A stretch of DNA of 61,103 nt, taken from contig JABANN010000151.1 in NCBI GenBank assembly GCA_013115125.1, forward strand, positions 1 to 61,103, written 5' to 3'. The notes below the pieces were generated by a model that saw only the letters and a list, made by a program, of their open reading frames with translations, did not search any database and had not been told where the DNA came from. This document shows positions 12,967-25,356 of the stretch, one piece after another (position 1 is the stretch's first letter; each line of letters starts with the position of its first letter). A program made the translations under genes and the position numbers. Source of the stretch: Perkinsus olseni (Eukaryota).

Positions 12967-13315
12967 TATGATAAACGATAAGAGCCAAGGACTGTTCGGG
13001 AGTGTGCCAACCGATTCACCAGGCCGACCCTTACGCGAGTGTGGTAGAGTGATACCACATCTTTCGTAAATCACGATAAACACGCAGTGGATTGGGACAG
13101 ATTGCACCAGTATCCCCAAGTAGATTGATAACCGAAATGAATAAGAGCTAACTACTCGAGTGCTAGGTAGTATTCTAGAAGAACCCCGAGCCCTGATAGG
13201 CACTGCTTGGGATAGGACTCAAACCAAACAGCCCTTCCAGATGCACAAAAAGAAACGTTCAGAGTTTGTTAACAACAGAATGGTGACCGTTGCCGACACT
13301 TCAACTTCGTGTGCC

Positions 13316-16046
13316 TCATATCTGCCGGTACTTCATCCGGAGGGTTAACTTAGCTGATTGATGAACAGTACTAGTAGGTATACGAGGTTGATAATAGTTC
13401 TTACTGGGCAGGGTCGGGTCAGTGATGGTCGCCTCTTCTCCTTCCCTCAACACTCCAGCACCACTCAGCTCCTTCAAGGACTTACTCAACTTCCATTCAT
13501 GCTCGGCTCGCAGTGCCGCTGGCTAACAACAGAGGAACAGCAGGATCCCCATCCCACCGATCGCACATGCCGCCTTAAAGCTGCGGGCCGAACCGTTCAA
13601 GAGCCAACGCCGCGTATAATTGTACTACCCGCTGTATGAAGACGATCCCCGATACCGTCGATATACTAGGACGCTGGAGTCTGAACTTCCCTGCTGGGTT
13701 ACAAAGCAACTAAGAGATGATAAGGATGACACGAGCAGCAGCAAGCAGCACTACATCAAAGAGGTCTTGCAAGGTGTTCTTCTCAGGATCGAGAGTGTCC
13801 ACCACCGCCTCCGACCCACTACAAACCTGATAGCCCGTCCGAGCTAACAGGGGCAGTAGCGACACCCACCAGGCAAGTGTCGCTTCTCTCCCACTCGAAA
13901 GTCTGTGTATTGACACCCGTCTGCCCCATGTACATAAAGTAGTTATCTAGACCTGAGATCACAACGCCTTCAACTGCTACGGCGAGAGAGGAGACAAACC
14001 CTACTGGGGTCACAGTAGCTCGCCAGCTTCAGCGCCTCCGCTACGAGCATGCCCGATATCAGGGCGTTGGTCGATGCTACGGCGGGGATTATACGCTTAA
14101 CAACGCCCAAAGTAAGGCGGTAGTCAACACCGTGGATACCGAAGGTTTCGGCTCGTGCTGCCTGCAAGCAGAGACATCGGAAGCTTTCAATATGCTCATT
14201 CCAAGTAATGCTCATTCCGACAATCGTTCTCTCATCAATAGCCTGTTTCGAGGCAGAATATCGCAGACTTCGACGAGCCCGAGTAGAGCTTCCGGATAAT
14301 ACTTTCATTGCTGGAATGCAATAGAAGAATAAGAGGAAAACGAGCGATGAATCATGCGGAACGACGACGCCACGAGAAAGCAAAAAAACTAGTGCTCTGC
14401 ACCCATCCGATTAAAGCCTTCCATTAATCGCCCCGAGGTGCGCTAGTCCGAGGGGCCCATTTTCAGAATGACCAACAGTAGCACTACCGCCTGCTCGTAT
14501 ATCCACTTGATGTCATTAGCACTGTCCGTGTTAACCTTGACCCCAGGGAAGGCCTTCTCCCACAAGACTAGCAAGGCATACCTGTCGACCACCGCAGTAC
14601 ACCCTCACACTAGTACCACGCCGTCCCTACTCAATGCAGTGTTCAGGAAGCCTTGGCGTCTCAGCCAGCGTGCACATGGGGTAGTTGCCGGTATCGGGCG
14701 GGCCGAAGGACTCGAGAGTGCAGTCGAAACAAGCTGTATGGTACGGTACGATGACTCGCGCTTGACCCCTAGCAGAAGTAGGGGGAGTTGGCGGGAGAAG
14801 ACGTCATCATGAGGTTACTTGAGCCCCTCGGTGCCGCCGTCCAGCAGGGGCTTTAACGAGGAAGGGTCGATGTTGCCCTCATCATCCCTACGGACCATAC
14901 TGTGGAGTGTCGAATTCAACCATCTGAGAGACCAGACCGGGTAACCAGTAAATCATCCAGACTAGTGTTACTAGGGACACCACTGTAGAATAGCGATGGG
15001 ACATCCTTGTAAGATGAAGACATCCTAAGCCCAGATATGCCCAAGGCCCGAGGGTTCGCGTGAGGGAAGGGGGTGCACGTTCTCACTCGGGGCTCACTAC
15101 ACGGACGCTCCCATCGGAGTTGAATACAATAGGATTTGAGCATTATTGACTCCAAGCCAGGATGGTATACATTCAGCTCACGGCGCTTTACGTCGATGGC
15201 CTCCAAAGGAGAGGTAGCTCATCTCGACGAGAGAATCCGTCTCGCCGCGCGGCGCAACGATCAACCATCTGTGTTCTTCCATTTCCGCACTCTCCACCGC
15301 GAGCAGGTAACTTACGCAGAGCCCTTCCCGTCAGTTCACGAAGCACGAAGCCCTCAGAGGACACTACACGTAGAGTTGTAATCCCTTCACTACCTCCTAG
15401 CCGGGATGTTGTCCAACCCCGCTATAATGAGGAAGAACTGCTCATAAAAGTCCGGTCCGAAGTCCTGTATCTTGCCGTGATACGGTGTGACGTGCACCCC
15501 CAGGTGAGCACAGCGGTCGTTAACGAACGCTGCCGCCACTTTGGCCTGACGGACCATCTTCGACTGATGATGGCACTCCCTCTGCCGAGCTTACCTTGCT
15601 CAGACCAATGTCAGACTCCCGAAACAGGAACTGCCGATTCAGGTTGGTGACGTCGACGTTATCCATATCGATAACGTGTATGTCAGTGAACCTATCACAA
15701 GGCCGCGCTTTGCTACCGTCGAGAAATAATCCCTTACCCGCTCAACGCCAGATCTTTCAAAATCTCACACCCGAGGCCACCGGCTCCAATGACCAGGATT
15801 TTCTAAGAAGAGCCGAGTGAAGGTGAGATGATTTGGGAAAGGAGCGGTACCGCTTCCCGCACGAACTTCACGGTTTCGAGAGATGGATCGTGAACGTCTC
15901 GAAGGCCCTCAAAGGGGCACCCTCGCGTGAGAACGGTGTTCCTGAGGGAAAGGACACGTCCGGCCACATGTGAGTTGACGGCTAACTTACACATCAGCGT
16001 TGGTCTGTGAGAGGAGATTGGCAACACCGTCACGAAGGCCATTCAT
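13316..16046 (-). CDS. UBA3: NEDD8-activating enzyme E1 catalytic subunit
   Basis: [67 protein letters not shown], catalytic [37 protein letters not shown]-terminal E2-binding domain ending ITDPTLP...RMKYRQI*. Confidence 0.95.
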
Positions 16047-16216
16047 CTCACGGGGTTGAAATTGATTTTATGGAGCTGGGCGCGCGCTACGAAAATGCGC
16101 AGTGCAGCGGCGGGGAATCGATCCGGGGACCTTCCGCATGAGGAATGAGCGCAAGATGAGGTCGCGGCTCTGAGCACGGCCGTCTCGACTTTTGCTGAAT
16201 GCTTGAGACTATTCTA

Positions 16217-18093
16217 ATGGCCGACTGCCCACCCAACGAAGGCCCTACCGGGGAGGAGCCTCGGCCAGCCTCGGTGGCGTCACAACGCTGTCAGGGGACG
16301 ATAAAAGTAGGCCTGGTCTCCTGTTGGGGACGACAGTCTTTGCGATGGTCGCTCGCCGCCTCTCTTCGTGGCAGAACTTTGATGACTTCAGGCGTCAGTG
16401 GTCGACGGGCCAACCAAAGATACTCCCGAAGTTCATGAGAATCGCCATGGTCAAGTTACGATATCTTCTCGGGCCTTTGCAGAGGACCTCATCCGCCCGG
16501 GTGCGGAGGACAAGCCTGCACGCCTCGGCCCGCCTCCTCGCAAGGTAAGGGCGTCTCCTGTGAAGCCTTCGCCTTGTCTCCTTGAACCCTCTGATGCAGA
16601 CCAAGTCGTCGTTGAGGGACAGCAGCCAGCTGAGTGCTCCTGGAGTATCCACGGACTTCATTCAATCCCTCTTACACTCGACTCAAGCCGACCGTCGACG
16701 TAGAAGTGAGATGCACAAGCAGGCCTTGGAAAAGCGAGAGGCCGATGCACAATACATCAGAGCCAAAGTGGAACGGTGAGGGTCCACTGAGCGTCACTGC
16801 AACCCTCTATCAAGTCGCTGCAGATACAAGGAAAGGCGTGAGGAACGGTTTCAGCGGCTACTCAAGGCTTTGAATTCTCGGTCGGAACTGAAGGAGGAAA
16901 TAACGAACTTGTTGCAAGCGCATGCGGATCTGCAGGAGGACAGGTGGGGTTTGTTTTGACGAGGCGCGGAGGGAGTGGTATTGTAGGCGGTACGCTGTAT
17001 GGAAAGGGTGGACGGAAAATGTATGGGAGAAAATACAAAGGCAGTGTGACCACCTACTTAACCGTGTTGACAAGAACCTCGAGACGCACTTTAATGGGAC
17101 CAAATCTGTCACCTTCTCAGTGAGAGCATTACGAAAGGCTCCTGCTGCCAATGGCCCTTTTTCAGATCACTGATGAGCCTATGACTGCATCCATCGACGT
17201 GTCCTCGGACCCCACGAAATGGAGTCTCTACGATACCGCCGTCGAGAACCAGTTTCGTCGGTCCAGTCAGTTGGCACTGAGCAGCATCGACCCTGGTACT
17301 TGGTCTGTCCACCCAATGAGAAGTACCATGCTTGACAGCGCTCACAGTGAAAAGTGAGAGCAACTCTGCCGGCGACGGTGTTGCGACCGCGGCTACAGGT
17401 ACGCGACAGAGCGCCCCAGCGAGGACCATCTTCGTTCGTTGGCGCTGCCATCGGTGTTTGACCCTCTTAGTCGACAGAGGAGTGTTTTGAGGAAGCATAG
17501 GAGCCGTCCTGTGTTGGAGCCGATGGACTGGGGCCCTGTTAGGCTCAAATGTGAGCTAGGATATTATTCGTGGTTGGCCTCGGTTACGCCCTCACTCAGC
17601 CACATCATGCGGCCAGTTGGCCAGGCTCAGCGTTTCACCAGGGGACGTGGATGGTCGCGTCCGACCGTTGAAGCGGATGGACGGATTCATTAACGCTGGA
17701 GACATGCAGGTAGCTGGTGACGCCTCATGTACCCTGTTCCGGTGGTACAACGCTCGTTCCCTGTTAGGAGTTTGCGGCAGGGTTGAGGAGAACCAGAGAC
17801 CGACACAGGGATTTAGGCATCCTGCTCCCAGGGAAGCCTTTTGTCCGTAAAGAGGGACAGTCCGCTTTGTAGGGAACCTCTTACAGTAGCAGTGTTGGTT
17901 ATCTCTCCGATCATGCAGGTACAAGAATATGGTCACCTCCGCCTCCTGTGGGGCTCCATGTCAGGGCCACTTCCACTTCCCTACGTCGAAGGCCTCGGTG
18001 GACCGAGAGTTCCCACTGGGGAAGAAGATGTGGGAAACTCCACCCGGAACGGTGCCGTCGTATCTTGTCCGCGGTGGAAAGCCTCGAGGCTGA
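16217..18093 (+). CDS. Coiled-coil protein, FAM228-like (tentative)
   Basis: Multi-exon; coiled coil followed by WKGWTENVWEKIQRQ, SRPVLEPMDW and C-terminal GHFHFPTSKASVDREFPLGKKMW, which recall FAM228-family proteins of flagellated eukaryotes. Confidence 0.55.
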
Positions 18094-18600
18094 AGTTGAC
18101 TTCATCACCATGTTCTCCTCTGGATCATTCCCGGTGTCCAATACCAAAGCCCCTCTTGTGTTCCTTGTGTTATCAACTCACTACCGGAGAGCAAACTCTC
18201 TCTCGAGCGCATGCGTGGTCAGTGAGAGTAAGCGAATCCTTTCTAGCGACCCTCGTTGCACAGCTACCACGGCACAATGCTTTCCGGCCGTGGATGGACA
18301 TTCTTCCTAGAGAAGCTATCTGCACGCACACGCAAGACTAAAGCGACCGCCATAACAATCTCAACTCTAGGCTACTTAATGCGATGCATCTTGTGAGTTC
18401 TTCCTAGAATCGCTGTTTACGGTGGACCAATCGGGTGAATAGGATATGATGAAACAAAGCGGCGATTGTGCAACCTCTCACGGTAGCTGTCCCGTTTTTG
18501 TGGTCGCGAGTTTGCTAGTGAAAACTTCGGAGCTTTGTCGTGAGGTGGTTGTGAATACTCTTATTAGTTTCTTATTTGATTCGTTCGACTGCGAAGTAGA

Positions 18601-20025
18601 ATGTTAAACGAGAAGCACGAGAAGCAGAGTAGAGTATCCTGGCTGTATAGAGGGTATCCACAGGTCGTCATTACGGGCATTATTGCCTTCTGTTGCCCCG
18701 GTTTCTTCAACGCCATCCAGGGTTTAGGAGGTGCTGGTAATGCTAACCCCTCTGCTAACGATCCTGCTAACATCGCTCTTTACGTCTGCTTCGCTATCTT
18801 TGGCTACTTGGGAGGCTTCTTCTTCAACATTTTGGGCCCGAGGATTCTCATGTGTGTCGGTGGTTTGAGCTACGCATTCTATGCGGCAGCTGCATACGTA
18901 TCTGGACACGTTGCTGGTACTGGTTGGCTCTTCATCCTCGCCGGTGCTGTTTGTGGTTTGGGTGCCGGCTGGCTCTGGACCGCCCAGGGTGCATTGATGA
19001 TGGCGTATGCACCTGAGAACAAGAAGGGCCACTACATCACGACCTTCTGGGTTATCTTCAACCTCGGTGGCTTCATCGGTGGCATTCTACAGTTCGCTTT
19101 GAACTTTAGTGAAGGTTCTGGTGGTGCTAATGCTTCTTCCTACTTCGTATTTATTGCCATTATGGCTGTCGGTGGTATCATGGCGCTGTTCTTATTGATG
19201 AGTCCCTCCAAGGTGGTGCTAGAGGATGGTAGCAAGGCTGTGATGGCTCAGGCGAAGGGTGCTAAAGAGGAGTTGTTAGATGCTATGTCAGTCATATTTG
19301 ATAAGAACATGCTGCTACTTGTATTACTATTCTTTGGCTCTAACTTCTTCTACACCTACGTCTTCAATTGTGTCAATGGTGTATTATTCACCATCCGTAC
19401 AAGAGGCCTTAACTCTGCTCTCTATTGGCTTGCCCAAATGGCAGGTGCCTGGATTAGTGGTCTTATCCAGGATGATCCTAAACGTAACTTGGCTCGACGG
19501 GCTAAGAATGGTTTCTGGTTTATGTGCATCTCGTTTAATATCACCTATGCTTTGGGTTGCTATCTCCAGTATGGCTACCATGGTGGCTACGATAGGTACC
19601 ACAACGTGGTTGAACCTGAGGATCTGATTGATTTGACCGACTACTACTACTGGTATCCCCTCATTGTCTACATTCTCTATGGCTTCAGCGACTCTGTCGT
19701 GCAGACTTTCTCCTACTGGATTATGGGTGCTATCGCTGGTGAAGATACTGGTCTTGCCGCTCGTTATACGGGGCTGTACAAGGGTGTCCAGAGTGTGGGT
19801 GCAGTCATCTCATGGACTATCGATTTACCCCAGCTCAGAGTACCATATTCGGCACAGTTCTGGATATGCTGGATCTTATTTATCATTTCGTTGCCGACGA
19901 CTTACCTCATCACTCGTAAGGTCGGCAAGAAGGGTGTAGAGATAGTGGATGCTGCTAACTACTCTTCTTCGTCCTCTTCCGATGAAGACGGTAGCACCCC
20001 AACAAAGCTTGGGGGTACTAACTAA
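18601..20025 (+). CDS. UNC-93-like MFS transporter (DUF895 type), intronless
   Basis: 474-aa ORF, ~12 hydrophobic segments, FCCPGFFNAIQGLGGAG, LWTAQGALMMAYAPE, FWVIFNLGG, FTIRTRGLN, YTGLYKGVQSVG. Confidence 0.93.
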   Translation: MLNEKHEKQSRVSWLYRGYPQVVITGIIAFCCPGFFNAIQGLGGAGNANPSANDPANIALYVCFAIFGYLGGFFFNILGPRILMCVGGLSYAFYAAAAYVSGHVAGTGWLFILAGAVCGLGAGWLWTAQGALMMAYAPENKKGHYITTFWVIFNLGGFIGGILQFALNFSEGSGGANASSYFVFIAIMAVGGIMALFLLMSPSKVVLEDGSKAVMAQAKGAKEELLDAMSVIFDKNMLLLVLLFFGSNFFYTYVFNCVNGVLFTIRTRGLNSALYWLAQMAGAWISGLIQDDPKRNLARRAKNGFWFMCISFNITYALGCYLQYGYHGGYDRYHNVVEPEDLIDLTDYYYWYPLIVYILYGFSDSVVQTFSYWIMGAIAGEDTGLAARYTGLYKGVQSVGAVISWTIDLPQLRVPYSAQFWICWILFIISLPTTYLITRKVGKKGVEIVDAANYSSSSSSDEDGSTPTKLGGTN

Positions 20026-21876
20026 ACCGCTACTTTAAAGTTCCTCGGCGCCATAGTCATCATTGTTTGATGATGCTATGGTCGTCAAAGCAGCAGCGAA
20101 CTGTTGTTGTGATCGTGTATAGAAACCAATCTCCCCCTGTCCTTCTCGTCTCATCCTATTTACCATCTGAGGAATTTTGTGACATTAGTTATGATGATAA
20201 GACTCTCTTCATGCTGCCTTCGATGATGTTCCTGTGACTTGTTCCCTAAGGTTTGCCTACGCTCTTGTTGTTGTCTCCGTTGGTGTTATTGTTTGCAGCT
20301 CCTGGGCTGTAGGTTCCTTCTTTCCCAGGTCACTGGCGTGGCTAGTGAGTAGTTAACGGGCGTCAGAGCCCTCGCTGCTGCTGTGAATCGTTATCGACTG
20401 TCTCGTTCAAGAGGCCAACACTTCTCCGGTATTACCGGCCCCATCACAGCAGTCATTTGTGTGAGTTCTTCTGCCGCCATTCGGATCATCACAGAGGTTC
20501 GGCTAGTACCAACTTAAGCTATCTTATTACAAGCTCAGAAGGGAGTTCTCTTACTACTACCTAGCTTCTATACAATAATAATCGACGAGCTTCGCCAATC
20601 GATCTCTCGAGTCGTCTACTGTTGCTGTTGTTGTTCTAGCATCATCTATTACCATTTGGTCGTGCTACCATTGTATGATGCTGATATCTTTTATAGCTTG
20701 AGTTAATCTGCTAATCTGCAGTCTAGGTTGCTGAACCATCAACTTCTGCTACTGATGCAGTGGATGGTATCATTACCATCAGGGTTGCTTGCAGTCTGAT
20801 AGATACCACCATATGACGACAATCACCTCACCATCATTGTGTAGTCCGTCGTTCAACCTTGGATGCTACTCATCGTGAGTAGCAGCGCTGGTGGCGTTCC
20901 TACTGTTACACAGTGCGTGTCTAGTCTTGTTGTTTCTGTCCTCGTCTTACTACTACTCCTCCTCTTAGTTTATATCTCATTGGATCCAACTGAATCGGTT
21001 CGAAGGTGTCGTGACCGAGTCAGAGTGAGCGAGAGGCGTAATGCTAATCCCAATAAGGTCATCTCCTACTACCACCAGTCGACCATTTCCAATTTACTAT
21101 ATTCTTTTATCTCGACATACTTCGTCATCCTTGCCTTGAGTTCCGGGTCAAACAATCTCTGCTGCGGGAATGGAAGGACTGTCGAACTCTCTCAGTCAGT
21201 GTGCCTGCTTGTCATGTCGAAGATGCTTCAGTTTCCTGCATGCTTGAGGGCGACTTATCGACACGCTCGGTTGCGTGGTGAGGGTAGGTACAATCCTGAT
21301 CCAGTGCCGGGATATATTCGTCGATAGAGGGCTCCGATTCTGCACTGTCGACCTCAGTGTTATACGCCTTTCACAGAGTGCGAAGATCAGCACTTCGGTG
21401 CCGAGTTTGACTGCTGTCTATCGGCTCACGTGTTCTGATCAGCTTGTCAAAAATCGCCCCGACGGAACTTGGGAAGTAGTGTTAGGTAGGCTGGATCAGA
21501 TTCTGGCGCGTACTTGGCTGAGTACTATGTTAGACGCCAGTTTTCTCTCAATATGATGTCATGGCTGAGCAAAATTGGCTGAGCATGATGTCAATAGCAT
21601 CCCTCCTGCTGTTCAGGTTTCCACTAGCAGTCAGTTTTCTCTCATGTAACATCTCTGCTGGCATCTCTGTTCGAAGCCTAGTGGGGATGCTACCGTCTTC
21701 CGTAGGTGGCTCATTGGCACATGAAGGCAGTGCGGCGCCTTATGCGGATTTCCTTTGGGCTGGGAATTGACGTGATCCAATTGGCGCCAAAGGAAATTAG
21801 GCTGGGCCTAGGCTTTGCTAGTTCAGTTGGAAACGTTTAGGGCCTTTTTGACAACGGGGTCTCCGAGAAGTCGAAA

Positions 21877-21912
21877 GGCGGGTGAGCTACCATCGGCGGG
21901 TGAGCTACCATT
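21877..21912. repeat. 18-bp direct tandem duplication
   Basis: GGCGGGTGAGCTACCATC followed by GGCGGGTGAGCTACCATT, then partial ACCATCGGCG. Confidence 0.9.
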
Positions 21913-22771
21913 GAAACCATCGGCGACAGAGCTTGCCTCGAATCTATCGTCACGGACAGCGAGCTGTTGTCAGCTCGTATGAAATTGATATCTTATTACC
22001 CACATGATATGGGTCTATGCCTGGGATATATTTTGGTTGGTAGAACAGCGTATGTGTATATTGTGGCTTACATAAGATTAGTTACGTCGACGCCGGAAAT
22101 CTTGTAGCGAAGAAGTCGCTCAAAAGCTGCCCGGTGGGCCCAAACATTAGTGCCACCATTATAAGGTATGCACTGCGAGATAAGGTATCTCAGATACCTA
22201 TACTATCTTCCCTGAAAAGTCCGTCGCACCGCCTTAACGATGTCCATCCAATTCCTTGTTGGAAGCGCTGGTGTCGATATGCGGGTACTTTCCCGCAACA
22301 CAATACCACAGACGGGTGGTCTAAACTGATAGTGATAATGTAGAGCACGAAGCTCAGTGATGTGACGCCACTTGACATCTTGCTACTCCTCAACGGTGTC
22401 TTCAGTGTGGATCACTGAATTATCCGGAAAATAGATTAATAGGGCGGGCAAGCAGCGCATCTTCGAATCTCGCTCGCCCAAAATCTTGCCTTCTTTTCCT
22501 ATCTTGATCACATGCCGTCTCCTATTCTTTGTGCTTCCCAGTCTCAAGATCCCTTTAACAATTGTTTCAGGTTGAGGGATCTCGCAAGGTGTCTTCCTGG
22601 GGCTGCTTCCGACCTGTTCGACGCTCCTAGGGGCTCCTCGATGCCGCCCGCCGCGCATTATGGCACCGTTTGGTCGGTTCGGTCAAGACTGGCCATGGGG
22701 GGGATTCGGGCGACCTCTGAGAACCCTCCCAAGCAGCTTTACAAGCCTTCCTTGTGCTTCGCTCTCCCGGT

Positions 22772-23597
22772 ATGCGCTTCATCTCTCTCGCTGCTCTGGC
22801 CACCGGCGTTGGTGCTACCACCACTACCGCTGCTGGTACGACTGCTGCGGCTACTACCGCTGCTGCGACCACTGCCGCCGCCGCGGCAACTACTGCTGCT
22901 GCCGCCACTACTGAGGCAGCCGCTTCTACTGCCGCTGCCACTACTGCCGCTACTACTACGCAGGCGGCCACCACTGCTATGTACACCACCGCTGAAGCCA
23001 CTACAGCCGAGCCCAGTAAGTTGACTCGCTTTGTGCTTGTCGTAGTACCATTCTGCCTGTTTGCTGTCAGCTTCCGACGAGGTGGACAACACCATGGCCC
23101 TGGTCATGGTCTGCGCTTCTCAATGCCCCGCTCTCAGCAAGCACATGACTAGGATCACTGCCTTGGAGCCCGTGCACGAGAGTCTGACGGAGGACGCCGC
23201 TCACATGAAGAAGACTGACGAACGTAGATGCCAGTTCCACCCAATCTGCGTGGACTGCCAGGACGGTGCTGACTGCCCTATGGCCACCTGCTTCGCCGAG
23301 ATCGACATGTGCAAGCCCCTCGCTGGCTTCTTCGCCCACATCCACGCTTACTGCGGCTGCACCGCTGGTGTTGACTTCGGCTCTAGACCCGGTGAGGTCT
23401 TAGGTGATGAATTCAAGGCTATGCTGGGTATGATGGAGTGCCCCGAGAGCGTGGCTGCTCTCCCTGCCAGGGATACCTGCTACGGCCCGGGTGAGCCGAG
23501 CGATAACGATGGTGGATCTGGTGGTGACGGCAGCAGTGATGCCTACACCCTCTCGGCTACCGCGGCTGCCCTCCTTGCCCTGGTCCATTTCGCTTAG
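22772..23597 (+). CDS. GPI-anchored mucin-like surface protein (Thr/Ala-rich stalk + Cys-rich domain)
   Basis: Signal peptide MRFISLAALATGVGA, ~60-aa TTAAA repeats, intron 23016-23070, Cys-rich domain, Gly/Ser linker, hydrophobic C-terminus SSDAYTLSATAAALLALVHFA*. Confidence 0.88.
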
Positions 23598-24129
23598 ACT
23601 CTTTGAGACTCTCTCATGAATCATGTTTAGGCAATAAATTCGACGATGATTTTTTTATATTCACGATGATGATTAGCAGGCATTGCGAAGGCCGATGCTC
23701 TGGATAAAGATATTGTGGCATGAACGGTGTAAAACATCTTTGGGTGTTGAATTGAAGTGCCCGTCGAAATTACAAGATTTTAGTTCCCGTGCCATACATG
23801 GGCAATCACGTGTGCCACGATGTACCATGATCGGCTCCATCACCCGCCACACGAGTGTAGCAAATTCGATCTGCTACCACTCATCCTTGTTGGCCTTCCC
23901 TGAGGTAATTAACAAAGCTGTTAAGAATCGTGATTGGTATAGATATATCCTACTGAATGTAGCAATCGCAGCAGAACCGAGCAGCAACTTTCAAGAGATT
24001 GGTTGAAATGGAGTATCACGAGAAGAAGATGGTCTCGATCACAGCTAGATTGGCGAGCCTGTGAATTCAACTCCGGTGAATTGACTGGTTCATCCCCAAA
24101 CGCAATATAGCAATCCGAATGTAATCACT

Positions 24130-25190
24130 TCACAGAGACGCCTCTCCAGCTGTCAAGGCTAGGATATTGAAACGAATCTCGTCGGGATCTCTGCTCATGA
24201 AAACGTTCTTCACCACCTCGACTGTTCGTTGGAGCACCTGCCGTAAGTTCAGTCCGAACAAAGGGAGAAGCATCTCTCACTTGATCTGCTTGGCATTTGC
24301 CGTGGGGGATCGGTGTGGGTTTGCGACCGTCGAACTCTAGCAGCTCTCCGTCCACGACAGTAAAAGTGACGAAGTGTGTGTTGACCTTGGCAACAGAATG
24401 TCGCGGACAGTTACCTCTGTGGGTGCTCACCGATTCATTCTCCGCTGGAGGGCGACTCTGGCCCTGGTGTTCTGCCTGACAGGAGACAGAGCTCAGTAAC
24501 GTCACTTGCTCAAGAACTCACGCACTTGACGGTGGGCCTTCTCTAAGTTATCATCCCTCTCAATGAAGGTCGCCCGCTCATCAGGCGTCATCGACTTGGT
24601 GTTCTGCAGGAGGCTGTGAACGTAGGAATCGTCACCTAGGTGGCGAACGCTCAGCACGTCGTGACGATACAGCATCGCGGTATTACTGTATTCAACTCCA
24701 CATTTACCGTCTATGTTGGCCATGCAGTGGATGATGCCAATGGTACCGCAAGCGTTCCCAACTGTTTGCCTAGTGAAGTAGGCCTGACGTACCGATCACC
24801 GCGGTGGGAGCTGTCCTCGAGGCTTACACCAGCAGGAATTTCTTCCTTCTTCACAGCCTGGATGCGTTTCTTGTCATCCTCTTCAGTGGAATCTTTAATA
24901 GGGAATAACAATACCTGCAACATGCAGCAGATAACTGTAGAATACCACAACTCTGTCAACTCTCACCGCTGCCAGCACTGGCTGAGGGACCATTTCGATC
25001 GCCCAATCCTCGACTGACAACACGTCGGTAAAATGAAGGAAGGACGGCAAACCTGAAAACGAGCAAAAATACTTAAGCACGTACACTCCCTACAGGAAGC
25101 GCTACCGAGGCTCTTAGCATAGTCGGTCATGACTTCTGGATTGGCCTCCAGAGGCAGCCAACGCTTCTTGCTCTCCTTATTTTCACTCAT
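24130..25190 (-). CDS. UCHL3: Ubiquitin C-terminal hydrolase, peptidase C12 (UCH-L3-like)
   Basis: WLPLEANPEV, VPQPVLAAVLLFP, catalytic RQTVGNACGTIGIIH, THFVTF, EFDGRKPTPIPHG, FMSRDPDEIRFNILAL. Confidence 0.92.
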
Positions 25191-25356
25191 AGTAATACCT
25201 TATTCTGACTCTTGAAAACTACTTACGGAAACCAGCCCCATAAATCGGTTACTACAACGCAAGGGAACTGCCATTGGGTGGAGATAGCGAGGCAGCAACA
25301 GACGGCAGACAATATCAATTGGTTATAATACAGACAAGACAACACAGGGTAACAGA

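Noticed and set aside
22512-23107. Long Pro/Leu-, Ala/Val- and Ser/Gly-rich ORFs in other frames
   Set aside because: Shadow frames of the TTAAA-coding repeat.
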